A DNA stretch of 64,000 nt. Origin: Nitrosopumilaceae archaeon. Lineage in GTDB: Archaea; Thermoproteota; Nitrososphaeria; Nitrososphaerales; Nitrosopumilaceae. Where the stretch lies: the NCBI GenBank assembly GCA_965207375.1, contig CBDBMG010000003.1, forward strand, positions 640,001 through 704,000. The letters are read 5' to 3'. Position 1 is the stretch's first letter. The number at the start of each line of letters is the position of its first letter. Below the pieces are notes generated by a model that saw only the letters and a list, made by a program, of their open reading frames with translations, had not been told where the DNA came from and ran no database searches. A program made the translations under genes and the position numbers. Below are positions 43,101-58,042 of the stretch, in pieces.

Positions 43101-43876
43101 AGATCAAAACCTTATGCTCTTCCTGTTCAGTGTATACCATATAAAGTGATATAAAGATCCGTGAGTTAGCCAACAATGTTATTCAAGAAATGGTGAAAAG
43201 AAATATGAAAGTAGCAGGTACTAATCTCTTGTATACTCAGTTGTTCGAATAATTGTATCTGTAAAAGCTAGGTTTTACTACTGATGTTGAATGAAACATT
43301 CTGCGAACAAAAGGAAATAGTCAGCCGTTGTCTGTATTTCAAATCTGTAGTGAAGCTAGAGCAAAATATTCACGAATGAAATTACAAAAGATGATTGCAA
43401 TGATCACTCCTCTCTGTATGTACTTGGTTGTAATGATAGTTCCGTTATACATATTATTTTTTTAGGTAATGCGGATGGATAAATCACTGCCACAATTCCT
43501 AATGCTGCTGTGGATGTTACTCTGCTTAAGCAAATATATGGTTGGACCAAAGCAGGTGCGACAGAAGATGATGTGATCGACCGTTTACAACTTCAAGCTG
43601 TACCAACTGGCTACACTATTCACACCTGGACAGAAGGTTTGTGTGATCATGTACGTATATACGTAGAAGTGGCCTTTATATTTTTATGATGCAGGAAAAC
43701 AGGAAAGCAAACTAGAGAAGTTGAAATCTATTTTGGCTCAACTTGAATATAAACATCAAGTCATGTTGTGGGTGTCAAAAGGAGTGCCTTTTAATAATCA
43801 TCTTTATGTGCCTGAAGCCCACCCTATAACAGGTTTGGAATTTTGTGAACGTGAGGATGAAGGTGACGTCTTTAAG
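40109..43876 (+). pseudogene. Nine-exon P-element-superfamily (THAP9-like core) transposase pseudogene with N-terminal Myb/SANT-like domain, 3' truncated
   Basis: Exons ~40109-40367, 40423-40892, 41098-41244, 41293-41379, 41429-42738 (minus insertion), 42787-43217, 43272-43416, 43466-43637, 43695-43876 with GT-AG bounds. Motifs WWLKADGCDLVKGL..WSGDVDLNDG (D1), ATHILVFMIS..KPYALPV, MKVAGFTTD (D2), EREDEGDVFK (DxxH-like, H replaced by D). Several stops and frameshifts. Confidence 0.7.
41589..42613. mobile_element. hAT-type non-autonomous element inserted in transposase exon 5
   Basis: CATAGGCGTCGGAA ... TTCCTATGCCTATG; 8-bp TSD gtataagg/gtatgagg; removal restores CAG TAT GAG GAA frame. Confidence 0.85.
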
Positions 43877-43930
43877 GTAAGTTCTACTAAATGACAACAT
43901 AATGTGCTAGATTTTTCTTTAAGTATATGT

Positions 43931-45200
43931 ATATGCTAAACAAAAACAGCCTGGCTGTAAAAAAAGTGCGAGGCCAATCAGAAGCCACAATGGTTATAAG
44001 CGACCAAAAACTGTGATATCAAGTAAGGCCAAGAAGTTGAACATTTATTAAGAATCCTTTTACTTGAATGACATATAATAATTTACAGGGCATTTTCACA
44101 ACTATGATTGGCTTTGTCACTTGGCCACCTTATATATAAAAGATGATAGTACAAAAAGGTGGCCAAGTGACAAAGCCAATCATAGTTGTGAAAATGCCCT
44201 GTAAATTATTGTATGTCATTCAAGTAAAAGGATTCTTAATAAATGTTCAACTTCTTGGCCTTACTTGATATCACAGTTTTTGGTCGCTTATAACCATTGT
44301 GGCTTCTGATTGGCCTCGCACTTTTTTTACAGCCAGGCTGTTTTTGTCTAGCATATCACTGCTTTTTGTAAGCATTCAAAAACAAATTATATAATTTAAA
44401 CAAGTCCTGACAAGAAACCTTTTATAAAATATGCAGAGTAATAAAATTTCAAAGGGGAGAGAAGAAAGTTAATACTTAGGGTGTTTCCCTTGTAGTTCCC
44501 CCAAGTAACTAAAATGAACATATAAAGCATGTGTTATTAATATAATTGTTAGCTATGTAGGTGGAGAACAGTTGAGAACTTCAATGAAGGCTACATCATT
44601 GCCATCCTCTACTGACAGTCTATTGATCAATCTACAGGAGAAAACAATATTATAGTGTTTAAATAAAAATTTTGTATGCTAATAGTGACAGTGATCTCCT
44701 ATTTATAATGTGTGGCCACTGTTCACCTGTTGTTGTTTGGTATAATTATCATGCATGGCACATAAACATGAATGAAATCGTTAAAGGCTAATTTTGACAA
44801 ACTGAAGTGTCATAATTTCTTTAAACTTATACTGAAGATGCATATATCAATATAGCTTGTGTATCTAAAATTTCATTCAAATGATTTAGAGGGGTCTGAG
44901 TTATGGAAACTATCAACATACAGTGTAAAAGTATCTCTCAAATACATTGAGATATTTGCTTTATGCTGAAGTTGTTTGTCTGGTAGAGCATACATAGGAG
45001 AAGTGTTGATACAAATTTGGTTGAAATCCATGCAGAAATGAGTGAGTTACTAGATAAACAAGTGTATGTACTAAATGAGTGTTTCAAATATAAATTCCGG
45101 GATTCACGCCGGGGGTCACGCAAGCCCACGAAAAGTGTGCGATGAAAATGAAAGAAAGAAACAAAGAAGAAAAAAAGAAGTGTTGAAAAGAAGGAACTAT
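43931..45200 (+). mobile_element. Family C copy 2 (opposite orientation, hairpin end missing)
   Basis: Palindrome 43931-44356; body 44357-45200 is reverse complement of 36670-36730 and 58470-59180. Confidence 0.8.
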
Positions 45201-45829
45201 GTAAAAAGAAGACGGAACTATAAAGGAACCTGATGGAACTATGTATACACCTGCTAGTTGTAGTAAATACCATGGTACGTCTATATAAAGATTTTGGTAG
45301 TTTTCTTGTTGGATAAGTTGCAGCTGTTGTGTGTACTCCTTATACCAGTGCCAACTTGCTGTGTTTAAGTGTGATAGGTACTGTAATTGTATGAGCTGGA
45401 TTATTAATTAATAATTGGGCAACGCTAATTAATATTACGTAGTGCTAATGCAAAATATTAGCTAATATTTGCATTAGCATTAGTCCCATTGTTTTGTATA
45501 CTACTGTGTGATATAAATTTTTGATGGGCTGTAATGCCGATCCATTAATTTTATTTGTCAGCCCCAATAAGTCAAAAACACCGTTATACGGTACATGTGG
45601 TATCAATTTTCATTTGTCAAAAGGTAAGTATCGTTATATTAGCTTTCAAAATGGACATGATCTTGTAAATAATCATGAAGCAACTTTATTCATGTTCGTT
45701 AGGAATACAAATAAAGGCATTGTATATCCATCAAGCTGTTTATTTGGTTGATGAAATTCATTAGTTTATAGTGTTTTTGTGTTGGCAATGTAAACTTGAG
45801 GAGAAGACCCACTAATTGTACGGTATTCA

Positions 45830-46100
45830 ATGTATTTAATGATGTCACCAGTAAGTCACATGAGCAAAGACTCATCACTAGGAACACATAGCAACGCATA
45901 CACATTTAATTATTCAGCTTTATACTCCAGTACTTTACTGATAAAACTTTTTAAAGCCGAAATTCTTACTGTAACACTATAGGCCAGTCTTCTTTTATAA
46001 GCTTCGCAACCTGCACAACATGCCCACTTTTAAAACTGAAGTGCTCCGTCTTGTTAGTAATGTACAACTAGTTAAATGCCTTTTACTGTGAAATGAACAG
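45830..46100 (-). mobile_element. Family A fragment
   Basis: gtcaccagtaagtcacatgagc...ggccagtcttcttttataagc matches 20930-21200. Confidence 0.7.
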
Positions 46101-46241
46101 CATTTACAGCTAGAAAAATTATAAGCACTAAATAGTTGCAGAGCTGTAAACTGATAACCATATTACACAACTACAGCATCAGTCATAAAATACTGTACAT
46201 ATAAGTATATCATTTTGATGTCGATACATCGATACCATGAT

Positions 46242-47004
46242 CAAGGGCGGCGGAATCGGTCCGGCTGGTCCGGTTTTAGCCGGACCACTTTTCCATGAAG
46301 ATTCTAATATTTTCGGGTAGACCAAAAACACACCTGATACGATTGTGTAAGATTGTTGCTACTTCACGGATAGGATACGTATAATTATTTAGCTACACTA
46401 TAAAAGGATACTCTAGTTCATTTAGTCCATGAATCAATCACGCTTACAGTAGTTCTCAGTGCACGCGCATATCACGTGACACGTGTCGGTGACGTCCAGT
46501 GTAAATTTTCGCAGATGGATGCCGATTGTGCTAGTTCTTCCAATACTAATTATACCTTCAATCGATTTTATCCACCACAGAGTTGCTGCTTTCCAAAGCG
46601 ATGCATGGATCTAAGGATATGGTTTTTGAAGTGATGGCTGACGCCAATCTAAGTGATGGCTGGCTCCAATGTAGCTAATGTTTTAGAGCCTTTGAACTGT
46701 TTGTATACCTGTAACTGTTATTACTTATGGCTATAGCTATAATTGTTTTATTGGACATGAAGTGATACTGAGTCACTTTGATAGGAAATTAACACACATG
46801 CATACGTAGCTATATGCTAAATACTTATGGAGAAGTAAGTTCTGGCTGAGAAAGCTCTCAGATGCAATCTCAGAGCATGTTTTTTTCAAAAATTTCCTGG
46901 GGGGGAAGCCCCCAGACCCCCCTAGCATTAGCATGCTTCGCACACTTCTCTTTAACAGCCATACCCTTGGCCGGACCTATCAAAAGTTGCTTCCGCCGCC
47001 CTTG
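46242..47004. mobile_element. Non-autonomous TIR element (hAT-like CAAGGGCGGCGGAA ends)
   Basis: CAAGGGCGGCGGAA ... TTCCGCCGCCCTTG; shares ctcagagcatg...cccccagacccccctagc block with 42410-42480. Confidence 0.7.
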
Positions 47005-49041
47005 ATGATATATGATATATCGATATGACCTAAGTATGTATTGATACAGTATTGCTGCCCAATGATTCACGATATGGCGATATCGATATATCGATATATT
47101 GTTGCATCTCTAACATACATTATACACATTAGAGATGGGACAATACTATATATTACAGTATGTAATGCAATACGTTTGGAGTGATGCATCGATAATTCTG
47201 CACCCTGTAGTGTCCCATCTCTAATACACATACATGCATGCATACATACTTAGTTTACATAAATACTTGCACGCATGCACGGACATGTACACACACACGC
47301 ACACACACGCACACACATACATGATACATTCATGTATTACATACTGTGTATGAGAAGTCTTGAGGGTGTTAAAAGTTGTATCACAAATGCAGAAATAATT
47401 TAAAATGGTCGATGATATTGCCAATAATTGTTAATACAGTGCCAGTGCCAATATTGCTATACCGATAATATCTGAATATCGGATTACCTATATACAGTAT
47501 TGGTATTTGTACCAATATTGGTAATACCAACATGTCAGTGATGGTTTTGTTGACCAAGTGCTTACGATAAGGTTAAAAATTGTCCGGACATTTGTTTGCC
47601 TATTGTAAATTTATTGACTTCCCCATTGATAAATTATTATAAATTTGTTTAGTTTGGTCAGTCAGATATGCCATAGTTGGCTGGAGACGATTGGCCATTA
47701 TTGTAAGCTCTGCAACCAATGCTATATAATTGTGTTAAAGTAGCATTGTAAATGTTGGATATTATCAGTCTAACATATTTAGTGACTGAATATTTGGACT
47801 GTGATGAACTTCTATAGGCTATATATAAAGTGTATAAATACTAGTGTGAGAAATAACAGCGTAGTCAGGGCATTTTTAAAATTGTATGGTAAAAATGTCC
47901 AGAAGCAAACTGTTGAGAAATGCATGGTTTTACTATATTGCCTGACAGATCTGTACATTTCCATGCAAACTTTATCATATTATGACAGTGAATCACCTTA
48001 TGCTTCAAATGTTATTTCACACACTGAAATACAGTAACATATGTAGTATAGTTTAAACATATACAAACTCAAATATGCTATGACTTGTCCCCACATATGG
48101 ATTTTTCCATGATACGTAGAAGTTGACGGTATTCAAGTATCATAATGATATAATCAATGTCGATCTTGGAAATATGTGTTACAATATCACAACATTACTG
48201 CGTATGTTGCTAACACTACAATATAGTTAAGTAACAGAACCGCAAAGTACTAACCAAAGCCATTCAATCAAATAGAATAAGATATTAGTATCTGTTGTAT
48301 GTGCACGTGGAAAAATATTATTAGAGGCACTTTTCAATGACAAATATTTTTGAGTGAGATTCGCCAAAGTTTGACAATGCCATAGTTTACCATTCATGTA
48401 TATGTGTGTATGTACTTACCAGGGCCGTAGCCGCCAAAAAATAATCAGTCCGGCCATCCTGTAGGGGAACCGGGAGTGCTCTAAAGTTCCCAGTGAGGTA
48501 GCTACAGGGCTATTTCGTTTCCAGAGGCTGGAAGTATGTTGGCAGCGAGATTCACTGGATTTTCACCCCACACAGCTTTTTCTAAAAAACAAGAGCACGA
48601 AAATATTAGAATACAGTCCCGTTTTTATTTTCTGTCTCCTTACAAACTATTTCTGGCATTTTAGCATCCTGTTTTAATGTTTATCACCAGTTTAATAAGG
48701 AAAAACTGATTAAATGGCTATCCAACCAAGACTTAAAATGTATTCTAGGCGCGCACTATTAATCTCGAAGATGCTAATTATTGTAACTACTCGTACATAC
48801 GTATATAAGTAGCTACGTAGCTATATGTATTTGATTTCGAGTGATCACTTTGTCCAGGAATATATTAGCTAGCTAATTAATGTAACTATATATAATCAGT
48901 CATGGATTGTATAGCTAATCATTAAATTAGTAATTTGCATTTGTCACTGCTATAATTAGCTAATTTAATTAAGGGTGCATGTTCAAATTGTCTGCAGGTC
49001 ATTGTAATTAATTATACAGCTGCATGCATGCATGCATATAT

Positions 49042-49404
49042 CAGGGGCGGATCCAGGGGGTTCTTTGGGGTCTCGAGACCCCTTCCAGAAATATATCAGG
49101 GAAGCCAAAAGAATGATGTATTGGTATAAAAACACACTAAAATGTATTATTTCTTGAATTAAGCGAATTTTCAGTACTTGATGAGATAAAACAACCTATA
49201 TCTTCCAAGGGGTTGCACCCACCACGCCCCCTACTCCATATTTGGCTTAAAACTTCTTTGTATTTACTTAAATATGCTCTAAATCTTGGATTAGGCATGA
49301 TTTTGGTGTAAAACACCCTATAGCTTCAGGGGGGCTGCGCCCCCTGCTTCAGAGATTACCTCTATATTCAGACCCCCTCTCGGAAAATCTTGGATCCGCC
49401 CCTG
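49042..49404. mobile_element. MITE with CAGGGGCGGATCCA termini (hAT-like)
   Basis: CAGGGGCGGATCCA ... TGGATCCGCCCCTG. Confidence 0.75.
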
Positions 49405-49785
49405 TGTATACATTATATAGCTATCAGTTGTGTCAAACAATTTTAGTATCCCTATAGGCCTTCATCTAGCTATATCTTCCACTGAAAAATTAAAGCTACA
49501 TGGCTATACGCATGATGCATTTGGCTGAAATTTGGAAAATATATACTCAGATGAGACAAGCTTACCTAAGTATTTATGTAGCCTTGTAAAAACGTAGCTA
49601 GTGGTTGTGTTGCAGTTTGGCACATGCTGCAGTCAGGGGCTATATTATCAATAGTTATATAGCTATAGGTAGCAAGTTTTAGCTACGTAGCATACCACTC
49701 AGCTGGTTGCATGCCCCATTGACGTGATGTGCACTTGACATATACGTTGAGCTAGCTAGTTGTATAACTGTGAACCTTATATTAT

Positions 49786-50011
49786 CGCGAGTATATCATA
49801 GAGTACACGTGACGTTTGTACTAAAAGGAATAAGATGTCGCGAGTGTATCATAGAGCACACGTGACGTTTCCAATAAAAGGAATGAAATGTCGCGAGTGT
49901 ATCATAGAGCACACGTGACGTTTCCAAAAAAAGGAATGAAATGTCGCGTGTATCATAGAGCACACGTGACGTTTCCAATAAAAGGAATGAGATGTCGCGA
50001 GTGTATCATAG
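49786..50011. repeat. 53-bp tandem minisatellite x ~4.3
   Basis: Unit TGTCGCGAGTGTATCATAGAGCACACGTGACGTTTCCAATAAAAGGAATGAAA; consecutive units start at 49836 and 49889. Confidence 0.95.
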
Positions 50012-50468
50012 GCCGGCTATTATAAAAGCGAGACCTAGAAAGAACGTAACTGAACACTGATCCGGCCGGCAACTATAGCTAGCCTAAAGTTGTGCCATTA
50101 CAGCTAGCCGGTTATATGCTATGATAGCTAGGTGCAGTAACTTGATTACATATACCCACTTTAGTCTCACATGGCCAGACCCTTTCGGCGCGCGCGAAAA
50201 TGGTCTGTCCGCACGAGACCCCCAACTTGTATAAGGTCTATTACGCAGTGCTTATATATTGCATACAATAAACGCCCTGCGCGAAAAACGGAATCACGCA
50301 TACCATTGCATAATTGTTGTGTCCATGAGGTGGACCATAGATAACTATGGATGTATATGAAGTTATGCTCAGATCGCTCATTAAATCGCTTCGTGTAGCG
50401 GCGAGTTATGCTGGAAACAACATTATCATCTCCAATATCATGACCACTATTAACAGCAACAAATTTGA

Positions 50469-52585
<2,117 letters not shown>

Positions 52586-54139
52586 GTGTGCATTAATTTG
52601 TTTGTGTGTTTATACACAATTACATTACTGTGTAATACTGTTATACCGTGAAACAGAATATTTTCACTAGTGCTTCAAAGTGGATTCACCCTTAAGATAC
52701 AAGTTGAAATCCACACACGTTCCGTTATCTGTATGTGCGTATGTATGTAGTAATGTATTATTTTAACAAGCATTAGGAAAATCAGGCCTCAAAATATTTT
52801 TATATGTCTTGTAGAAAGGCTCCCAAGAATCTAGGATATCTGGATATTAAGAGTAAGATATACGTACTCCATCAAATACAGGGTAGGGTATTGCTTCTCT
52901 TGTAACCAAATTCAGCTCTAAATGGTTACTTTGTATTGTTATTCTCAAATTTAGCTCTGCTATGATAAAAGGATGTTTTATGTTGTAATATTCAAATCCA
53001 CAATTAAATGTTTTGTGTGAGGGTATAAAAGGGCATGGTAAATGTTAACAAAAGTGCTTTAACAAGTTTATATGTATGGGCATGAGGGCAAGCCACCAAA
53101 ATGCCCACCATCCAAATAACAGCGATGTACCAATATGAGATTTAGCTGATATTCTATACCAATGACCGATCCGATATTTTAAACATGTTTGCTTCCTTGA
53201 TGTAGCTATGTAGTATGGTCATACAAATACATACATTGTGCATTTTTACAAATAGGAGAGGTAATCATATGCATGTACGTACATGGTGCATTTCATATTA
53301 TGCTATCCTATCTAACATGCATAGTGTATATTATTATTCCACAAAGTACAGCATTTGCAGTGTGTTGAGTGATATTGGCATTTCATACATGGTACGGTAT
53401 TGTTGTTGTAATATGTGACCAAGTCTGCGAAAACAGGTTTTATCTACACATTCAATCACACACAATCTCTGAACCATAAATTCCCTTGTGAATAAGCTAA
53501 CAATGCACATTTCCATTTCGTACACTGCCATGCTTCATTTTTTGCCACATGCAGCTATATAGCAGGAAAACTCTGTGTATTAAAAAATTTCCGGCTTAAA
53601 ATAATTTTGTACACTTGCTAAGTTTACGAAATTAAAGCTCATTGAACATTTAGCTCTTGCTACTTTACTACCACCAAAGCATTCCTGATCTACGATATAG
53701 CTGATAGTGCTTTAAGTGTTTTATTGTATTTTACACCTATTAATGTGCGAATAAAACACAGTTCTTTGATAGTACTGAATAAAGGAATTGCACAAGTATA
53801 TGGTTTTCTTTGATAAAAGTGTCAACAAGCTACCGTTCTACAACTACTCTAGCATTCTATAACTACCCAACCACAGTTCTATAACTGCCTCCTTGACACA
53901 TTAAGGTAGTTATAGAACTGTTGAACCCTTTGATCCGTCCATGCAAAATACAATAAATATGTCATAACAGCAAATTAAAATTTTCTGTGTAACATTTTTG
54001 TGTTTTAAGTAGGGAAACTACATGAATGATGAATTGGTAGCAGTATCAGAATCAGTGATTTTCATAGCCAATATATCGGTTATCGGAATATCGGTTATTT
54101 TGCATATCGGTGCAACTCTTATTATATATCATGATACGT

Positions 54140-54970
54140 AGTTCGCCCACAAACACACACAGAGGGTAAACATGGTGAACCAACGAAACAGTAAACCTGG
54201 CATGTACTGGTCTGTAGGCTCATTGTTAAAAATATTTTTATAGAAACTGATGCATAAGTTTTTGTTTTAGTGTAATGTGGGCCCCGGGCCTTGGAAAAAT
54301 TCAATAATGGAAGATAAAAGCAGTGGAGACATTTATTAAAATTTACCTGGCTCTTTTATACCCTCACTCATAACATTTAATTGTGGGTTTGAATATTACA
54401 AACACAAAACATTATTTTATCATAGCTGAGGTGAATTAGAGCAATAACAATAACAAATGGACCATTTAGAAGCTTACACTTGTACACATACATTTCAGGA
54501 AATCTCATAAAATATTTGATTGTGGGGTTAATTTAAATGTAATATCATTGTTCATTGTTATACCATCAATGAATTATGTAGTGTTAACTTAGGAACATAT
54601 TAGTGGTGTGCATTATACAGAATATGAATATATATCGTGATAAATGATGATATGAATATGAAATTTCTTCTATCGTGATGTAATGATACGTAACACAAAA
54701 TGGCGGCTAACATACAAAATATGACATGTTTGACTAACTAATAGTTTTCATGTTGTAATATTCAAACCCACAATGAAATGTTATATGTAAGGGTTTAAAG
54801 CCAGGTAATAAATGAATGTCTGCACTGTCTTTATTCCTATTGAATTTTGCATTACACTAAAGTAAAATAATGCATCAGTTTCCATCAAAACAATTTTAAC
54901 AATGAGCCTTCAAACCAGTACATGCCAGGTTTACTGTTTTGTTAATTCTTTATTTACTCTGTGTTGTGCG
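54140..54970. mobile_element. Long-TIR fold-back repeat; related copies at ~52900-53170 and ~57050-57770
   Basis: 54160-54410 is a diverged inverse of 54745-54965 (aaacagtaaacctggcatgtactgg / ccagtacatgccaggtttactgttt). Confidence 0.6.
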
Positions 54971-54978
54971 GGCATGCA

Positions 54979-56153
54979 TAGTATCGCGAAACCTGACTGC
55001 TCACTTCCGTTTTTATTTGTAGTGGTGGAAAAAGGTCTAGTTACTACACCATAGATTTTTTGTGCTGTAAACAGACTTAGGGAGCGTTGATTGCTGATGA
55101 CAAGTCAAAAAAACTTGTTTAATAAGCGGCACGATAAACCATGTATTAATAAGCGGCACGATAAACCATGTATTGGTTTGACCTAGCCTCCTATACGTAC
55201 ATCACAAGTGCTGCTGGTTTAACACTTCCTTTTCAGCAATCAATGCTGCACAAAATTTGTGGAACCCAGAGCACCAAAAGTTGGTAAGATATACGTAGGG
55301 CTGTGCAATAATATAAATTCTATGCAGCTCATCATCACAATTATCACGATATTTCCATGTATGCATGAAATTCACAAAAACATTACTGATAATTATTTAT
55401 TCTGTTAAACATTGTACTATCAGGTACGTACGTACGTACTTACATACTCATTATATATTATCAGGATATTAGAGAATTATGGAAAAACTCTTTTAGCACA
55501 CTTTCTTTACCAGTAGCAACATATTTCCAATAAATTATTACACAAAATATTATCTATCACTACATATACATATTTAAAAATATTACAATTTTATTTTTCA
55601 TCACGATTATATATTGAGCAGCACTAGTAACCTAAAGGTAACCAGACCCTTTTCCACCACTACAAATAAAAACGGAAAAGTAGTAGTGATGCACCGATAA
55701 TCGGATCGGCTATCGGAAATACCCTATAGCGGCTGATTTTTTCATATCGGTAATCGGATCGGTATGTTTGTCAGATTACTAGCAGATCCGATATAATTGC
55801 TGGGCAGTCACAAGTCTATTGTTAATTAAATTTTTGGGTGGGCAAGTGGTGGTCAGGAAGCCATACCTTATACAAACACTGAGGTTTACACTTAAACTGT
55901 AGCAGCCTACTTTTTGTAAGAAGTGTCAATATGTATTTATAACCAAACATGATGAAAGCTTTAACTTGTGGGATACTTTCAATCTTCTTTCAGTTGAACT
56001 TTTATGGTGCAATAGTGACTTTAAAATGAATTGATTATATCGGATTGGTTGTGTTTTTTCGGTTTTACAAATTTATTCATATTGGCTATCGGAATATCGG
56101 TAAAAAGTCATATCGGTGCAACTCTAAAAAGTAGTCTGCGGTATGTTAGATTA
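54979..56153. mobile_element. TAG-terminus TIR element with two nested hAT MITEs
   Basis: ttccgtttttatttgtagtggtggaaaaaggtctagttac (55006-55043) inverse of 55639-55677; nested TAGGGCTGTGC/GCAGCACTA element 55296-55627. Confidence 0.6.
55684..56126. mobile_element. hAT MITE
   Basis: TAGTGATGCACCGAT ... ATCGGTGCAACTCTA; perfect 8-bp TSD AAAAGTAG. Confidence 0.88.
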
Positions 56154-56154
56154 A

Positions 56155-56388
<234 letters not shown>

Positions 56389-56552
56389 ATATGTACGTAG
56401 TTATTATGGAATATCCCAACATAATTATAGTTAATGTATCAATTAAATTCATATTATCATGCCTTATAGCAGTTTTTCAAGGGTAAGATTTTTAACGAAT
56501 CACCCAAATGAGCGCTTAGAAATACCGAAGTTAAATTACACATAAAATTGCT

Positions 56553-56651
56553 TATAGCTTTGGAATCTTGATTTTAGTTGGTATCTGTGCCTTCTCATTG
56601 GCCAAAAACTTCTCATAAGGGCCCCTTGCAGTCTTCATGATGTTTTTCACC
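56553..56651 (-). other. Possible terminal exon (VKNIMKTARGPYEKFLANEKAQIPTKIKIPKL*)
   Basis: cgtAG acceptor followed by a 32-codon protein-like frame ending TAA; no homology recognised. Confidence 0.3.
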
Positions 56652-58042
56652 TACGTAACCATATTGTTAACAGCTGCAATTCGTAATGAAATTTATAGAT
56701 TATTTGCTTGTATTTGGCAAAACAGTATCATCTTGGATGCTTTTAAGATACTTAATTCCATGTTGGTAAATATTTCAAGGGAAAATTTTTCACAAATGAC
56801 AATCGATTCATGAAATTCATGAAGATTTTCCACCTCGAAAAACCTGCTATCTTTATGGTAATTTTATCGTTGAAGATTTTTCAGTTATTGTCCATCACCA
56901 GTAAGACTGATCTATAATATATTGTTATATGTACATACGTATACGACGTATAAAGGAGGTGGGAACAAATTAACTGCTTCGTACTTTTTAGTCTTAAAAG
57001 TTAACATAGTAAAGTATAGACTGCAGACCCAGTTTGATGTTTAGTTGTTGTTAACATTTACCTGGCTATTTTATATAACTACATAATTATTTTTAGTAAT
57101 TGTGGGTTTGAATATACCTACAGCTGAAGATGATCACGAAATGAAATTATTATCAGTATAATGTTGTTTTAGTCTTCTGTAATATTTTTAGAAGTTTTAT
57201 GATTATTCACTACATAACTAATTCATTGATGATATCACAATGAACAATGATATGATAGTACATTTAAATTAAACCCACAATAAAATATTTTATGTGAGAT
57301 ATACTGTACAGGTGTAATGTACTTCAGCTCTAGATGGTCCATTTGTTATTGTTATTGCTGTAATTCACCACAGCTATGATAAAATGATGATTTATATTAT
57401 AATGTTTAAACCCACAATTAAATGTTATGAGTGAAGGTATAAAAGAGCCATTTAAATGTTAACAAATACCCCTTTCAGCATAAACAATTATCATTAAATT
57501 ATTGCAAGGCCTGTTTGGGGCCCACATTACACCAAAACAAACACTTGTGCATCAGTTTCCATCAGAATATTTTGGACAAGGAGCCTTCAGACCAGTATAA
57601 TAAGTACATGCCAGGTTTACTGTTTTGTTAGTTCACTTTGTTTACCCTGTTGAGCACAGGCACGACCACACTCACCAACACATGCACCAGCACAAGCCAC
57701 CAATGTCCACCAGCCAGCTCAGCTCCAAATAACAGCGATGTACGTACCAATATGAGATTTAGCTGATAGTTTGATACTGTATAGGGAAAAACTTTGGCGG
57801 TAAAAGAGGTTTGATAAAATAGTGTTTTTGAAACATAAGCAAAAAGTTTGTCAAATCCGAGGCTTGCCTGTATTTTTAGTGCATATACAGCTCTGAACTC
57901 TGTAAACTACAAAATTTTATAATTATTATATTAGGCGTACACTCCATCGAGCACTGAAGATAACTGTTGATCAGCACAAGACCTTTATTGAATGTGAAAT
58001 GAGAATCCTCAGCTGTATTTCATTATCCAAGATCTACTACCA

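Noticed and set aside
44938-45273. ORFs inside family C bodies (also 36406-36777, 58388-58627)
   Set aside because: Not conserved as open frames across the three copies; low complexity or spanning a nested MITE
49786-50011. Possible CRISPR array
   Set aside because: Units are contiguous with no unique spacers, no cas genes, eukaryotic context
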